Assembly (NCBI GenBank): GCA_964016885.1
Contig: OZ024764.1
Location: 6,634,001-6,698,000, forward strand
DNA: 64,000 bases
From: Eledone cirrhosa
Lineage: Eukaryota
Reading direction: 5' to 3'
In this document: piece by piece, positions 14,149 to 27,002 of the stretch
Layout: each line of letters starts with the position of its first letter
How positions within the stretch are numbered: position 1 is the first letter of the stretch
Notes under the pieces: generated by a model
Told to the model about the DNA's origin: nothing
Databases searched by the model: none
The model's input: only the letters and a program-made list of their open reading frames with translations
Program-made: the position numbers and the translations under genes

Positions 14149-14335
14149 GTGCTGACAAAGAAGGGTTTCTCCCTGCATACGAAAGGCTGGTTATATGATG
14201 CCTGTGTGAGATGCGCAATGCTACATGGTAGTGAGACATGGGCAGCAACTGCAGAGGATATGCAAAAGCTGGAGAGAAATGAAGCAAGTCTGCTCCGATG
14301 GATGTGCAATGTCAATGTGTGTGAACGTACAGGTC
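14149..14335 (+). mobile_element. Internal RTE fragment
   Basis: KKGFSL..LYDACVR..LHGSETW. Confidence 0.85.
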
Positions 14336-14429
14336 TGAATACAGCAGATTTCTTCCAGAGAACAATGTAAAGTAAGAAAGAGATACAGAGGTAGAGTCAA
14401 CCCCAGTATTCGACTGGTACTCTTTTTTT

Positions 14430-14740
14430 ATTATTATTATTATCATCATCATCAGCTGAAATCGACTCAACAATTGATCTCCACGTGGGTCTGTCGTTCA
14501 TTGCCCTTGCCAAGTCCTCGATTTTAATATCAGAATCTCTAGGCACCCCTCTAAACATCTCACTGACCTTCATTTTGCAGATTGCCTAGAAAATACGCAA
14601 CAACTTTCGACATCTCTCCAGGAAGCAGCCACCCTCGTTGGCCTTCATCTCAACGAAGGTAAAACAGAGTACATATCAAACGGTACAGGTAACAACATCA
14701 AAGCAATCAACACAGCAGTGATATCAAGCAAGTCGAGGAT
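14430..14740. mobile_element. Short LINE insertion with inverted RT segment, inside a SINE
   Basis: 3' end on the minus strand (..LARAMNDRPTWRSIV, tail at 14430-14453) joined to a plus-strand RT piece (LTDLHFAD..GLHLNEGKTEY). Confidence 0.65.
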
Positions 14741-15009
14741 GTTTTTTTATCAACCTAGAAAGGATGAAAGGCAAAGTTGAACTCACAGAGCTGGAAGGAA
14801 TAACTATAAGATCCCCATCAATCAATGACATGGTGAGTATTAGGGGCAGTGTTACCATTAAAGCCAACTCGGGTACAGACCTCAGGGAGGTACATTACTG
14901 AACCTTAAACAATCACAGTTTATGTATGGATATATCATGTGTCCCCTATTGTAAGACCTTCCAGATACCTGGTGCATATTGTAGAGCTAGTGTAGTGTAG
15001 GGTGGGGAA

Positions 15010-15622
15010 TACCCAGGTACACATTGTAGAGCTAGCCTATCGTGTTAAATACCCAGGTACACATTGTAGAGCTAGCCTAGGGTACTAAATACCCAGGTAC
15101 ACATTGTAGAGCTAGCCTAGGGTACTAAATACCCAGGTACACATTGTAGAGCTAGCCTAGGGTACTAAATACCCAGGTAGACATTGTAGAGCTAGCCTAG
15201 GGTACTAAATACCCAGGTACACATTGTAGAGCTAACCTAGGGTACTAAATACCTAGGTTCACATTGTAGAGCTAGCCTAAGGTACTAAATACCCAGGTAC
15301 ACATTGTAGAGCTAACCTAGGGTACTAAATACCTAGGTTCACATTGTAGAGCTAGCCTAGGGTACTAAATAACCAGGTACACATTGTAGAGCTAGCCTTG
15401 GGTACTAAATACCTAGGTACACATTGTAGAGCTAACCTAGGGTACTAAATAACCAGGTACACATTGTAGAGCTAACCTAGGGTACTAAATAACCAGGTAC
15501 ACATTGTAGAGCTAGCCTAGGGTACTAAATACCCAGATACACATTGTAGAGCTAGCCTAAGGTGTTAAATACCCAGGTACACATTGTAGAGCTAGCCTAA
15601 AGTGTTAAATACCCAGGTACAC
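15010..15622 (+). repeat. 40-bp satellite, ~15 copies
   Basis: Unit acccaggtacacattgtagagctagcctagggtactaaat. Confidence 0.95.
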
Positions 15623-15896
15623 GATACCCAGCCCAAACAGCCCTAGTTCTATGAAAGAAAACCTATTTTAATTAAAAATCTTCCACCGTAACATTGCTGG
15701 CCTTGTGCCAAAAGTAGAAACGATTATATATTAAGTTAGTTTCTTAGTAATGAAATAATTAATAATCTTCGTAAAGACTTCAACATTCTTCATTAATTAA
15801 TTAAAACACAGCATATTTCATTAGAAATATCGCCACAAAAAGGGGTGAAAAGACGGAAGCACCGTCAAGTACTTTATTTTGCAATAATAATAATAT

Positions 15897-16285
15897 TAAT
15901 AATTGTTTCTACTTTTGGCACAAGGCCAGCAATTACTCCAGTGTATTACTGGTACTTTATTTTATCGACCCCGTAAGGATGAAAGGCAAAGTTAACCTCG
16001 GTGGGATTTTAACTCAGAATGGCAAGGGCATTATATAATAATTGTTTCTACTTTTGGCACAAGGCCAGCAATTACCCCAGTGTATTACTGGTACTTTATT
16101 TTATCGACAACCGCAAGGATGAAAGACAAAGTTAACCTTGGTAGGATTTGAACTTAGATCATAAAGGGCCGTATCTCTATGCCGCAAAACATGGCTTCCG
16201 ACGCTCTATTGTATAATAGTAATAATAATAATTGTTTCTACTTTTGGCACAAGGCCAGCAATTACTCCAGTGTATTACTGGTACT
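15897..16285 (-). mobile_element. Tandem partial MetaSINE-like copies
   Basis: Three copies of aattgtttctacttttggcacaaggccagcaatt, two with the core. Confidence 0.8.
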
Positions 16286-16286
16286 G

Positions 16287-16569
16287 TGGTTAGGGTATCC
16301 GGCTCACAACCGTAAGTTGGTCAGTTCGATTCGCGGTAGCATGTTGTATCCTTCAGCAAGACACTTTATTTCACGTTGCCCCAGTCCACTCAGCTGGCAA
16401 AAGTTAGTTGTGCCTGTAATTCGAAGGATCAGCCTTGTCACATTCTGTGTCACGCTGAATCTCCCTGAGAACTACGGTATGCTCAGCAACTTACACGTTA
16501 ATTTCACGAGCAGACTGTTCTGTTGATTAGATCAACTGGACCGCTCATCGTCGTATCCGACGGAGTGCC
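16287..16569 (+). mobile_element. tRNA/CORE-like SINE (empty site for the hAT insertion)
   Basis: tggttaggg..agttcgattc..gcaagacactttatttcacg; paralogous to 30265-30540. Confidence 0.85.
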
Positions 16570-16935
16570 TTCCATTCCATTGATAGGGAAATTTGGGGAC
16601 AAATTAAGGGGATACGTCAGAAATCATAGTGGGTAAGGTGAGATTACCAGAGGGAATGTATTTCGAATTCAATTGTATCTTATCTGCCGGTAATTTTAGT
16701 ATTCACCGGGCAGTAATGTTGAAGAGAGGGTAATGTGGAACTGTTACACCGGTAGACCAGTCGGACGTGAGGCAAGTTGACCTTGACTGGTTTAGAACTC
16801 AAGACTTAATTAAAGGGATTCTACAGAAGACACACGTAAGTAGAGTTTAATTAATAAAGGGGTCTCTATGTAGTCGTACAACCGGCTAAAAATAACAGCC
16901 ACATTTCCTTCAAATAATACCAGGTTGGCTTATGT
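16570..16935 (-). mobile_element. Duplicated 5' end of the CR1-group LINE plus flank
   Basis: Near-identical to ~34756-35135. Confidence 0.9.
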
Positions 16936-17211
16936 ATGCATACATACACACGCACGCATACACACACATATATATATATACAGACACACGCACGCATACA
17001 TATATATATATATACAAAGGTTATATTTAATTTGTTCGAATTAAAAGTTTTATAACTGATATAAAGCACTCAACAGTTTAGTGGAGTAAATATTCATTAC
17101 ATTAATGAATGTGGAGCTCCAACGGTCAAGGTTGTTCTTTTGCGGGTGTGGAGCTCCAACGGTCAAGGTTGTTCTTTTGCGGGTATGTCAACATTTATAA
17201 AACATATTTTG

Positions 17212-17277
17212 TATTTTATCTGATGAAAGCGCACCAAAATTTGCCTTGGTCGCCCTTGAAATATATATAATAAAATA
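17212..17277 (+). ncRNA. Type I hammerhead ribozyme
   Basis: tattttat CUGAUGA stem II GAAA U AUAU AUA ataaaata; perfect 8-bp stem I. Confidence 0.85.
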
Positions 17278-17432
17278 ATTAGGGTTTTATAAATATAGTT
17301 TCCATTTATTAATATAATCTCTCTATATATACATACATACTTACAGACACGCATATATACGTATAGTATATTTGGCAATGTACTGTATGTTTAATTAAAA
17401 ACATTTTGAAGACCATTCGCTTTAATCTCGGC

Positions 17433-17477
<45 letters not shown>

Positions 17478-17619
17478 GACACGCATATATATATACACAC
17501 ATACATACATACGTGCAATGTCTGTGGTGAAGCCGTTCTCTTCCTAAACACGTGTTTCTTGGTTCAGTCTCGCTGTGCGACACCTTAGAATTTAATAAAC
17601 GGAAACTTCAGAAGACCGT

Positions 17620-17683
<64 letters not shown>

Positions 17684-17723
17684 ATGTTTCCATTATTTTG
17701 TCCAACCCATATATATATATATA

Positions 17724-18292
17724 TAGGGGTTGGACAAAATAATGTAAACATTATATGTGTGTGTATATATATATAGGGGTTGGACAAAATAATGGAAACA
17801 TGTGTGTGTATATATATATAGGGGTTGGACAAAATAATGGAAACATTATATGTGTGTATATATATATATATAGGGGTTGGACAAAATAATGGAAACATAT
17901 GTGTGTATATATATATATATATAGGGGTTGGGCAAAATAATGGAAACATGTGTGTATATATATATAGGGGTTGGACAAAATAATGGAAACATTATGTGTG
18001 TATATATATATATATATAGGGGTTGGACAAAATAATGGAAACATTATATGTGTGTCTATATATATATCGGGGTTGGACAAAATAATGGAAACATTATATG
18101 TGTGTGTATATATATATATAGGGGTTGGACAAAATAATGGAAACATATGTGTGTATATATATATAGGGGTTGGACAAAATAATGGAAACATGTGTGTATA
18201 TATATATATAGGGGTTGGACAAAATAATGGAAACATTATAAGTGTGTATATATATATATATATAGGGGTTGGACAAAATAATGGAAACATTA

Positions 18293-18332
<40 letters not shown>

Positions 18333-18358
18333 GGGGTTGGACAAAATAATGGAAACAT
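17724..18358 (+). repeat. Tandem array of 13 Tc1 terminal inverted repeats separated by TA/TG microsatellite
   Basis: ggggttggacaaaataatggaaaca x13, complementary to the right TIR at 19712-19740. Confidence 0.9.
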
Positions 18359-19740
18359 TATATGTATATATATATATATATACACACACGAAGGTCTTCT
18401 GAAGTTCCCGTTTATTAAATTCTAAGGTGTCGCACAGCGAGACTGAACCAAGAAACACGTGTTTAGGAAGAGAACGGCTTCACCACAGACATTGCACGTA
18501 TGTATGTATGTGTGTATATATATATGCGTGTTTAAAATTTCAAACAAATTTATTTTAATATGAGGTAGGACCGCCTTTGGCAGTAATTACAGCTTGAATT
18601 CTACGAGGTGTGGACTCGTACAAAGTTTGAATTGTTTTCAAAGGAATTTTCGTCCATTCTCCATCTAAAACAGTCTCCAGTTCTTGTAGTGATAATGGTG
18701 GAGGATATCAACTCCTTACTTGTTTTTCTAAAATGCACCATAAATGTTCAATAATATTGAGATGTCGGGACTGTGGTGGCCAGATAAGATGTTTAACTTC
18801 ACTAGAATGTTCCTCGTACCATTCAGTAACAACTTTAGTTGTGTGAATTGGTGCATTATCATCCTGAAAGTTTGCGTTTCCCTCCGGAAACAGTTCCGCA
18901 ACCATGGGATGGATTTGCTCAGATAAAATGCTAAAATAGTCTTGACTATTAATTCTGCCATGAAGGGAAAGCATTAGACCGGCGGATTTCCAAGATATAG
19001 CCGCCCCAGATCATCACAGATCCTCCTCCATGTTTAACAGTTGGAAGAAGGCGGTCTGGGTCAAATGCTTCTTTTGGCTGTCTCCACACGTATACTCGGC
19101 CGGTGGTCGGAAATAGGGTGAAGAATGACTCGTCCGAGAAAATAACCTTCTTCCACTGCTCTAGGTACCAAATCCGTAGGTTTTTACTCCACTCTAAACG
19201 CTTTGCAACGTTTGTTTTTGAAAGTAGTGGTTTTCTGATTGCAGCCCTCCCGTGAAATCCGGCTTTGTGCAGCTCCCGTCGACCAGTTTTGTGGAAACTG
19301 GGTTCTCGAGGTGGTCATTAAGGTCTACAGTAATTTTGGGAGCCGTACTTTTGTGATCCTTTCTAACAATTCGCGTAAGAGTCCGACGGCCCCTATCTGA
19401 AAGTTTTGGTTTTCTTCCGGAGTTTTTTTTCCCTTTTCTCAAAGGCTGTCATTACTTTTGAGACAGTACTTCTTGATACACCAAACATTTCGGGTGTTTT
19501 CGTTACACCAGCGCCTGCCATACGAGCACCAACAATTTGACCCCCTTGAAAGTCCGATAGATCTGTCATTTTAATGAATTTTAATTACCTTTTACTGAAA
19601 AGAAACAGCAATTTTAACAAAACATATTAAGCAACACTAATAATAAATCAAAAAACATAAAAATAAACATGCTTTTGACGGTTTTATAGATATTTCAAAA
19701 TTATGATGCTAGGTGTGTCCATTATTTTGTCCAACCCCTG
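18331..19740 (-). mobile_element. Decayed Tc1 DNA transposon
   Basis: TIRs in TA context; frameshifted transposase ~19569-18555 (MTDLSDFQ..QIVGARMAGA, FQDDNAPIH, WPPQS..LNIIEHLW). Confidence 0.92.
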
Positions 19741-19755
19741 TATATACATATATAT

Positions 19756-19809
<54 letters not shown>

Positions 19810-19812
<3 letters not shown>

Positions 19813-19990
19813 GTATTGGTGTGTAATGTTTAGCTACAGATGGTTCACCATTTATCACCAATGTCCAACCCCTGTATATATATATATATGTGTATATATA
19901 TATATATATATATAGTGTATTGGTGTGTAATGTTTAGCTACAGATGGTTCACCATTTATCACCAATGTCCAACCCCTGTATATATATATA

Positions 19991-20055
<65 letters not shown>

Positions 20056-20591
20056 GTAAACGGAATAGAAAATGCTGACAAATTGTTCACAGTTGAAAAA
20101 TGGTTTAATTAGGAATAAAAGAGTATTAGTGATTGTATGGGTTAGTATTCAGTTGTGGTTTAAAGTTTTTAAGTTTTTACCGGTTGCGCATTTCTAAATG
20201 CTTTTCAAAAATAATTTTGAGATAGAGTGTCCGTGCTGTTTGCTCTGATCAGAGCAAACAGCACGGACACTCTATCTCAAAATTATTTTTGAAAAGCATT
20301 TAGAAATGCGCAACCGGTAAAAACTTAAAAACTTTAAACCACAACTGAATACTAACCCATACAATCACTAATACTCTTTTATTCCTAATTAAACCATTTT
20401 TCAACTGTGAACAATTTGTCAGCATTTTCTATTCCGTTTACCAATATATAATAACTTGTGTGTTACACCTCTATTCTTTTAACTATATATATATATATAT
20501 ATATATATTGTGTATTGGTGTGTAATGTTTAGCTACAGATGGTTCACCATTTATCACCAATGTCCAACCCCTGTATATATATATATATATA

Positions 20592-20677
<86 letters not shown>

Positions 20678-20755
20678 GTATTGGTGTGTAATGTTTAGCT
20701 ACAGATGGTTCACCATTTATCACCAATGTCCAACCCCTGTATATATATATATATA

Positions 20756-20810
<55 letters not shown>

Positions 20811-20954
20811 TATTGGTGTGTAATGTTTAGCTACAGATGGTTCACCATTTATCACCAATGTCCAACCCCTGTATATATATGTGTGTGTATATATATATAT
20901 ATAGTTGAGTTCTTCATACGGATTGGACACTACCGTAAACTTTTGGTAGATTTA

Positions 20955-21013
<59 letters not shown>

Positions 21014-21129
21014 GTAATAATAATAAATTTGAAGACTAAAATCCAAAGAGGGCTCGATAAGGATAAATATATATCAAATATATAAGAACCGTAGAGCAAA
21101 TATTTATTAAACTTTAATCTGTTATTTTA

Positions 21130-21173
<44 letters not shown>

Positions 21174-21240
21174 TATTGGTGTGTAATGTTTAGCTACAGA
21201 TGGTTCACCATTTATCACCAATGTCCAACCCCTGTATATA
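19810..21240 (+). repeat. Six ~65-bp units ending in the Tc1 TIR tip, interspersed with (TA)n
   Basis: gtgtattggtgtgtaatgtttagctacagatggttcaccatttatcaccaa-tgtccaacccctg at ~19810, 19915, 20508, 20675, 20807 and 21170. Confidence 0.85.
20052..20482. mobile_element. Perfect ~400-bp palindrome (fold-back family C)
   Basis: Arms of ~197 bp with no spacer, centre 20248/20249; second copy at 40304-40690. Confidence 0.85.
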
Positions 21241-21252
21241 TATATATATATA

Positions 21253-21291
<39 letters not shown>

Positions 21292-21557
21292 TGTAATGTA
21301 TAGCTACAGATGGTTCACCATTTTGAGCACCCAATGCCAACATTTGTGTCCGGTTACCAATGTGGTATTCTACGTTTGTTATTTCACCATAGTCGGTATC
21401 TTTAGGTAGCACAGTGTTAATAATAAGGAGAAAGAAGGAAGTATCAATATACCTTCATTATGTTTATTCGTGTTTTGCGATCGATCAGCCCAAGGTACGA
21501 TCGGTAGTGATCGGGGCCCCGACAATGGACTCGATAGTTCATCAGACTTGTGGTTAA

Positions 21558-21588
<31 letters not shown>

Positions 21589-22016
21589 GGAAAGTTATAT
21601 TTAAAATTGTTGGGTTACAACTAGTAAATATTTATAACTGATATAAAAGCACTCGACAAATATTTGGAGTATATTTACAATATTAAATAAATGGAAAACT
21701 ATATTTATAAAACCATATTTATTTCGGGGATATCATATTAACAATATGCTATGCCTTCATCAGACAAAATACAATATAAACAGTTTTATAGATAAATATA
21801 TTCGACATACCGTAATAAACATCAACTTCATTTGAAGAGGTTCACTCTAGCAGTAAACCTCTTCAAATGAAGTTGATGTTTATTACGGTATGTCGAATAT
21901 ATTTATCTATAAAACTGTTTATATTGTATTTTGTCTGATGAAGGCATAGCATATTGTTAATATGATATCCCCGAAATAAATATGGTTTTATAAATATAGT
22001 TTTCCATTTATTTAAT

Positions 22017-22021
<5 letters not shown>
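21589..22021. mobile_element. Fold-back PLE-like end with degenerate hammerheads
   Basis: Inverted arms of ~165 bp around ~21848; CUGAUGA..GAAA on both arms, but stem III is deleted. Confidence 0.7.
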
Positions 22022-22047
<26 letters not shown>

Positions 22048-22378
22048 AACAAAGAAAGTGTGGTAAGAAACCAGGTGGACCATAACGCACCAGAGTACTC
22101 AATACTTCGGATCCATCTGTCGAAACAGTCGGAGTTCTGCCGTCGGGGTCCTGACTCTTTTCCTATATATATATATAAGCGAAAAGGGATATCCAATTTG
22201 TTGGTAATTCAACAAATATAAATGTTTATAACTGATTCAGAGCACTCGACCGGTTTTCTGGAGTATAATATTCAATGATATTAAATAAATGGAAACTATA
22301 TTTATAAAACCATATTTATTCTATTATATATATTTCAAGGGTACCAAAAACTTTGGTACGCTTTCATCAGATACTTTG

Positions 22379-22440
22379 TATTTTATCTGATGAAAGCGTA
22401 CCAAAGTTTTTGGTACCCTTGAAATATATATAATAGAATA
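22379..22440 (+). ncRNA. Type I hammerhead ribozyme with a divergent mirror copy at 22318-22373 (-)
   Basis: tattttat CUGAUGA aagcgtaccaaag/tttttggtaccctt GAAA U AUAU AUA atagaata. Confidence 0.85.
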
Positions 22441-22465
22441 AATATAGTTTCCATTTATTTAATAT

Positions 22466-22503
<38 letters not shown>

Positions 22504-22624
22504 ATTGTAACGTCCAATTACTGTAGGTTCACCAGAGTGAGTACTCAATACGTAGTTTCTCTTTGCGGCGCCACCCTTGATTTGGGAAGAGAGCTTAAGT
22601 CCGTGTTTTGAGCTGGACGAGTGA

Positions 22625-23099
22625 GTCAACTTGATACGGGTCCGTACCTTCGGAAGATTGGCTCGGTAGGTTTTACCATACCCGGCTGGTCTGCCACACT
22701 AAGGACGAACTAATTGGCGCCTAAAATAATTGTTTCTACTTTAGGCACAAGGCCAGTAATTAACCAGTGCATTACTGGTACTTTATTTTATCGACCCCGT
22801 AAGGATGAAAGGCAAAGTTAACCTCGGCGGGATTTGAACTCAGATCGTAAAGGGACGTAACTATGCTGGAAAGCATGGCGTCCGACCCTCTATCGATACT
22901 GCCAATCCACCATTGGCGCCTAAAATAATGATTAAAAATTATGTATATCCGTACAGTAGCTGGGGGCCGTTTAAAGCCAGTGGTGGACGAGGGGTCGGGT
23001 TGGGCCCCTTAGGTTTACTAAGATTTCTGTAATTTCTGCCCAGTGCTCTGAATGTCAAAGTGAAGAAATACAACCGAGCACGGTAAAACGGCAGGTGTA
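22625..23099 (+). pseudogene. Diverged 28S (LSU) rRNA fragment
   Basis: atttctgcccagtgctctgaatgtcaaagtgaagaaat at 23032-23069 is conserved eukaryotic 28S sequence; tccgtaccttcggaagattggctc resembles the upstream 28S block. Confidence 0.75.
22731..22911 (-). mobile_element. Full-length MetaSINE-like SINE with 18-bp TSD
   Basis: attggcgcctaaaataat at 22713-22730 and 22912-22929. Confidence 0.9.
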
Positions 23100-23129
23100 T
23101 ATTAGTGTAGTACTAAGTAGAGTGTAATA

Positions 23130-23368
23130 CTACTAATAAAAAGGATGAAATATTAGGCCATTATATTTATTGAAGTGTGACGCGTGTTTTACGATTGATC
23201 AGCTCAGGGCTAGATCTGGCCCGACTCTGGAATCAAAAGCTCGTCTGACTATTGTTATGGTAAGTCCTGAGTCCGGCCTAATCGAACCTTGACTGCTTGA
23301 TCGCAAAACGCACGTCACACCTCAATAAACGTAACGAAGATCGAACACTTTGTCCTTTTTATTAGTAG
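23130..23368. mobile_element. Fold-back element
   Basis: Inverted pairs tactaataaaaagga/tcctttttattagta and tttattga.gtgtgacg/cgtcacac.tcaataaa. Confidence 0.55.
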
Positions 23369-23486
23369 TATATATATATATATGTGTGTGTGTATATATA
23401 TATGTGTATATGTATATATATATATGTGTATATATATATATATGTGTGTGTGTATATATATGTGTATATATATATATATGTGTGTG

Positions 23487-23517
<31 letters not shown>

Positions 23518-24046
23518 GTGTGTGTATATGTATATATATGTGTATATATATGTGTATATATATATATATATGTGTGTGTATATATATATATGTGTGTGTA
23601 TATATATATATGTGTATATATATATATATGTGTGTGTGTATATGTATATATATATGTGTGTGTATATGTATATATATATGTGTGTGTATATATATATATA
23701 TGTGTGTATATATATATATGTGTGTATATATATATGTGTGTGTATATATATATATGTGTATATATATATATATGTGTGTGTGTATATATATGTGTGTGTG
23801 TGTATGTATATATGTGTGTGTATATGTATATATATATGTGTGTATATATATGTGTATATATATATGTGTATATGTATATATATTTGTGTATGTATATATA
23901 TATATATATATGTGTGTGTGTATGTATATATGTGTGTATATATATATATATGTGTGTGTATGTATATATGTGTGTATATATATATATATGTGTGTATATA
24001 TATATATATGTGTGTATGTATATATATATGTGTGTATATATATATA

Positions 24047-24087
<41 letters not shown>
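23369..24087. repeat. Compound (TA)n/(TG)n microsatellite, representative of many such tracts in the window
   Basis: Direct inspection; similar tracts at 1580-1835, 5003-5447 and 9975-11310. Confidence 0.95.
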
Positions 24088-24114
24088 GTCTTGCCCCAGT
24101 ATGGGAATCATGTG

Positions 24115-24325
24115 AAGGTGTGTGGCTGAGTGGTTAGAGAATTGGATTCGCAATCGTGAGGTTGTGAGTTCGATTCCTGGACCAGGCGATGCGTTATGTC
24201 CTTGAGCAAGACACTTTATTTCACGTTGCTCCTTCTACCTGGAGTTGCGACTGACATATATATTATTAGCAACTGGAAACATTGTTTCCTCGGTCCGAAT
24301 TGAGGAAAGTCGATCAACTGTCAAT
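24115..24325 (+). mobile_element. tRNA/CORE-like SINE
   Basis: tggctgagtggtt A box, gagttcgattcc B box, ttgagcaagacactttatttcacg. Confidence 0.8.
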
Positions 24326-24574
24326 ATATATCAGCATTATCATCATCATCAACATTTAACGTCCATCTTCCTAGCCACCATGGGTTTAGACGGGAATTGT
24401 CCCACTTGAGGCAAGACTGGTCGGGTGACCGTGTCTCGCTCGTATAGGACTATCTGGCAGGTCTTCTAGGGCTGGATGCCCTTCTTAACACCAACCACAT
24501 TTACAGTGTGGACTGGGAGGTTTTTACCGTGTTACCTACACGGCCACATTACAGCGTGGACTGTGTGTTTTTTT

Positions 24575-25482
24575 GTTGTGACACCTACATGACCACTTTA
24601 CAGTGTGGACTGGGTGTTGTTTGTTGTGACACCTACATGACCACATTACAGTGTGGACTGGGTGCTTTTTGTTGTGACACCTACATGACCACTTTACAGT
24701 GTGGACTGGGTGTTGTTTGTTGTGACACCTACATGACCACTTTACAGTGTGGACTGGGTGCTTTTTGTTGTGACACCTACATGACCACTTTACAGTGTGG
24801 ACTGGGTGTTGTTTGTTGTGACACCTACATGACCACATTACAGTGTGGACTGGGTACTTTTTGTTGTGACACCTACATGACCACTTTACAGTGTGGACTG
24901 GGTGCTTTTTGTTGTGACACCTACATGACCACTTTACAGTGTTGACTGGGTGTTGTTTGTTGTGACACCTACATGACCACATTACAGTGTGGACTGGGTA
25001 CTTTTTGTTGTGACACCTACATGACCACTTTACAGTGTGGACTGGGTGCTTTTTGTTGTGACACCTACATGACCACTTTACAGTGTGGGCTGGGTACTTT
25101 TTGTTGTGACACCTACATGACCACTTTACAGTGTGGGCTGGGTACTTTTTGTTGTGACACCTACATGACCACTTTACAGTGTGGACTGGGTACTGTTTGT
25201 TGTGACACCTACATGAGCACTTTACAGTGTTGACTGGGTGCTTTTTGTTGTGACACCTACATGACCACTTTACAGTGTGGACTGGGTACTTTTTGTTGTG
25301 ACACCTACATGACCACTTTACAGTGTGGACTGGGTGTTGTTTGTTGTGACACCTACATGACCACTTTACAGTGTGGACTGGGTACTGTTTGTTGTGACAC
25401 CTACATGAGCACTTTACAGTGTGGACTGGGTACTGTTTGTTGTGACACCTACATGACCACTTTACAGTGTGGACTGGGTGCT
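24575..25482 (+). repeat. 48-bp satellite, ~19 copies, expanded out of an RTE 3' UTR element (24335-24574)
   Basis: Unit ttgtgacacctacatgaccactttacagtgtggactgggtactttttg is continuous with the adjacent RTE tail element. Confidence 0.95.
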
Positions 25483-25485
25483 TAG

Positions 25486-27002
25486 AGTACTAAATACCCA
25501 GGTACACATTGTAGAGCTAGCCTAGGGTGTTAAATACCCAGGTACACATTGTAGAGCTAGCCTAGGGTACTAAATACCCAGGTACACATTGTAGAGCTAG
25601 CCTAGGGTGTTAAATACCCAGGTACACATTGTAGAGCTAGCCTAGGGTGTTAAATACCCAGGTACACATTGTAGAGCTAGCCTAGGGTACTAAATACCCA
25701 GGTACACATTGTAGAGCTAGCCTAGGGTGTTAAATACCCAGGTACACATTGTAGAGCTAGCCTAGGGTACTAAATACTCAGGTATACATTGTAGAGCTAG
25801 CCTAGGGTACTAAATACCCAGGTACACATTGTAGAGCTAGCCTAGGGTGTTGAATACCCAGGTACACATTGTAGAGCTAGCCTAGGGTGTTAAATACCCA
25901 GGTACACATTGTAGAGCTAGCCTAGGGTGTTAAATACCCATGTACACATTGTAGAGCTAGCCTAGGGTGTTAAATACCCATGTACACATTGTAGAGCTAG
26001 CCTAGGGTGTTAAATACCCAGGTACACATTGTAGAGCTAGCCTAGGGTACTAAATACCCAGGTACACATTGTAGAGCTAGCCTAGGGTGTTGAATACCCA
26101 GGTACACATTGTAGAGCTAGCCTAGGGTGTTAAATACCCAGGTACACATTGTAGAGCTAGCCTAGGGTGTTAAATACCCATGTACACATTGTAGAGCTAG
26201 CCTAGGGTGTTAAATACCCATGTACACATTGTAGAGCTAGCCTAGGGTACTAAATACCCAGGTACACATTGTAGAGCTAGCCTAGGGTGTTAAATACCGA
26301 TGTACACATTGTAGAGCTAGCCTAGGGTGTTAAATACCGATGTACACATTGTAGAGCTAGCCTAGGGTACTAAATACCCAGGTACACATTGTAGAGCTAG
26401 CCTAGGGTGTTGAATACCCAGGTACACATTGTAGAGCTAGCCTAGGGTACTAAATACCCAGGTACACATTGTAGAGCTAGCTTAGGGTGTTAAATACCGA
26501 TGTACACATTGTAGAGCTAGCCTAGGGTACTAAATACCCAGGTACACATTGTAGAGCTAGCTTAGGGTGTTAAATACCGATGTACACATTGTAGAGCTAG
26601 CCTAGGGTGTTGAATACCCAGGTACACATTGTAGAGCTAGCCTAGGGTGTTGAATACCCAGGTAGACATTGTAGAGCTAGCCTAGGGTGTTAAATACCCA
26701 GGTACATATTGTAGAGCTAGCCTAGGGTGTTAAATACCCAGGTACACATTGTAGAGCTAGCCTAGGGTGTTAAATACCCAGGTACACATTGTAGAGCTAG
26801 CCTAGGGTGTTAAATACCCAGGTACACATTGTAGAGCTAGCCTAGGGTGTTAAATACCCAGGTACACATTGTAGAGCTAGCCTAGGGTGTTAAATACCCA
26901 GGTACACATTGTAGAGCTAGCCTAGGGTGTTAAATACCCAGGTACACATTGTAGAGCTAGCCTAGGGTGTTAAATACCCAGGTACACATTGTAGAGCTAG
27001 CC
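25486..27002 (+). repeat. 40-bp satellite, ~38 copies
   Basis: Same unit as 15010-15622. Confidence 0.95.

Noticed and set aside
17724-18358. CRISPR-like repeat-spacer appearance
   Set aside because: The repeat is a Tc1 TIR, the spacers are microsatellite, the context is eukaryotic and there are no cas genes.
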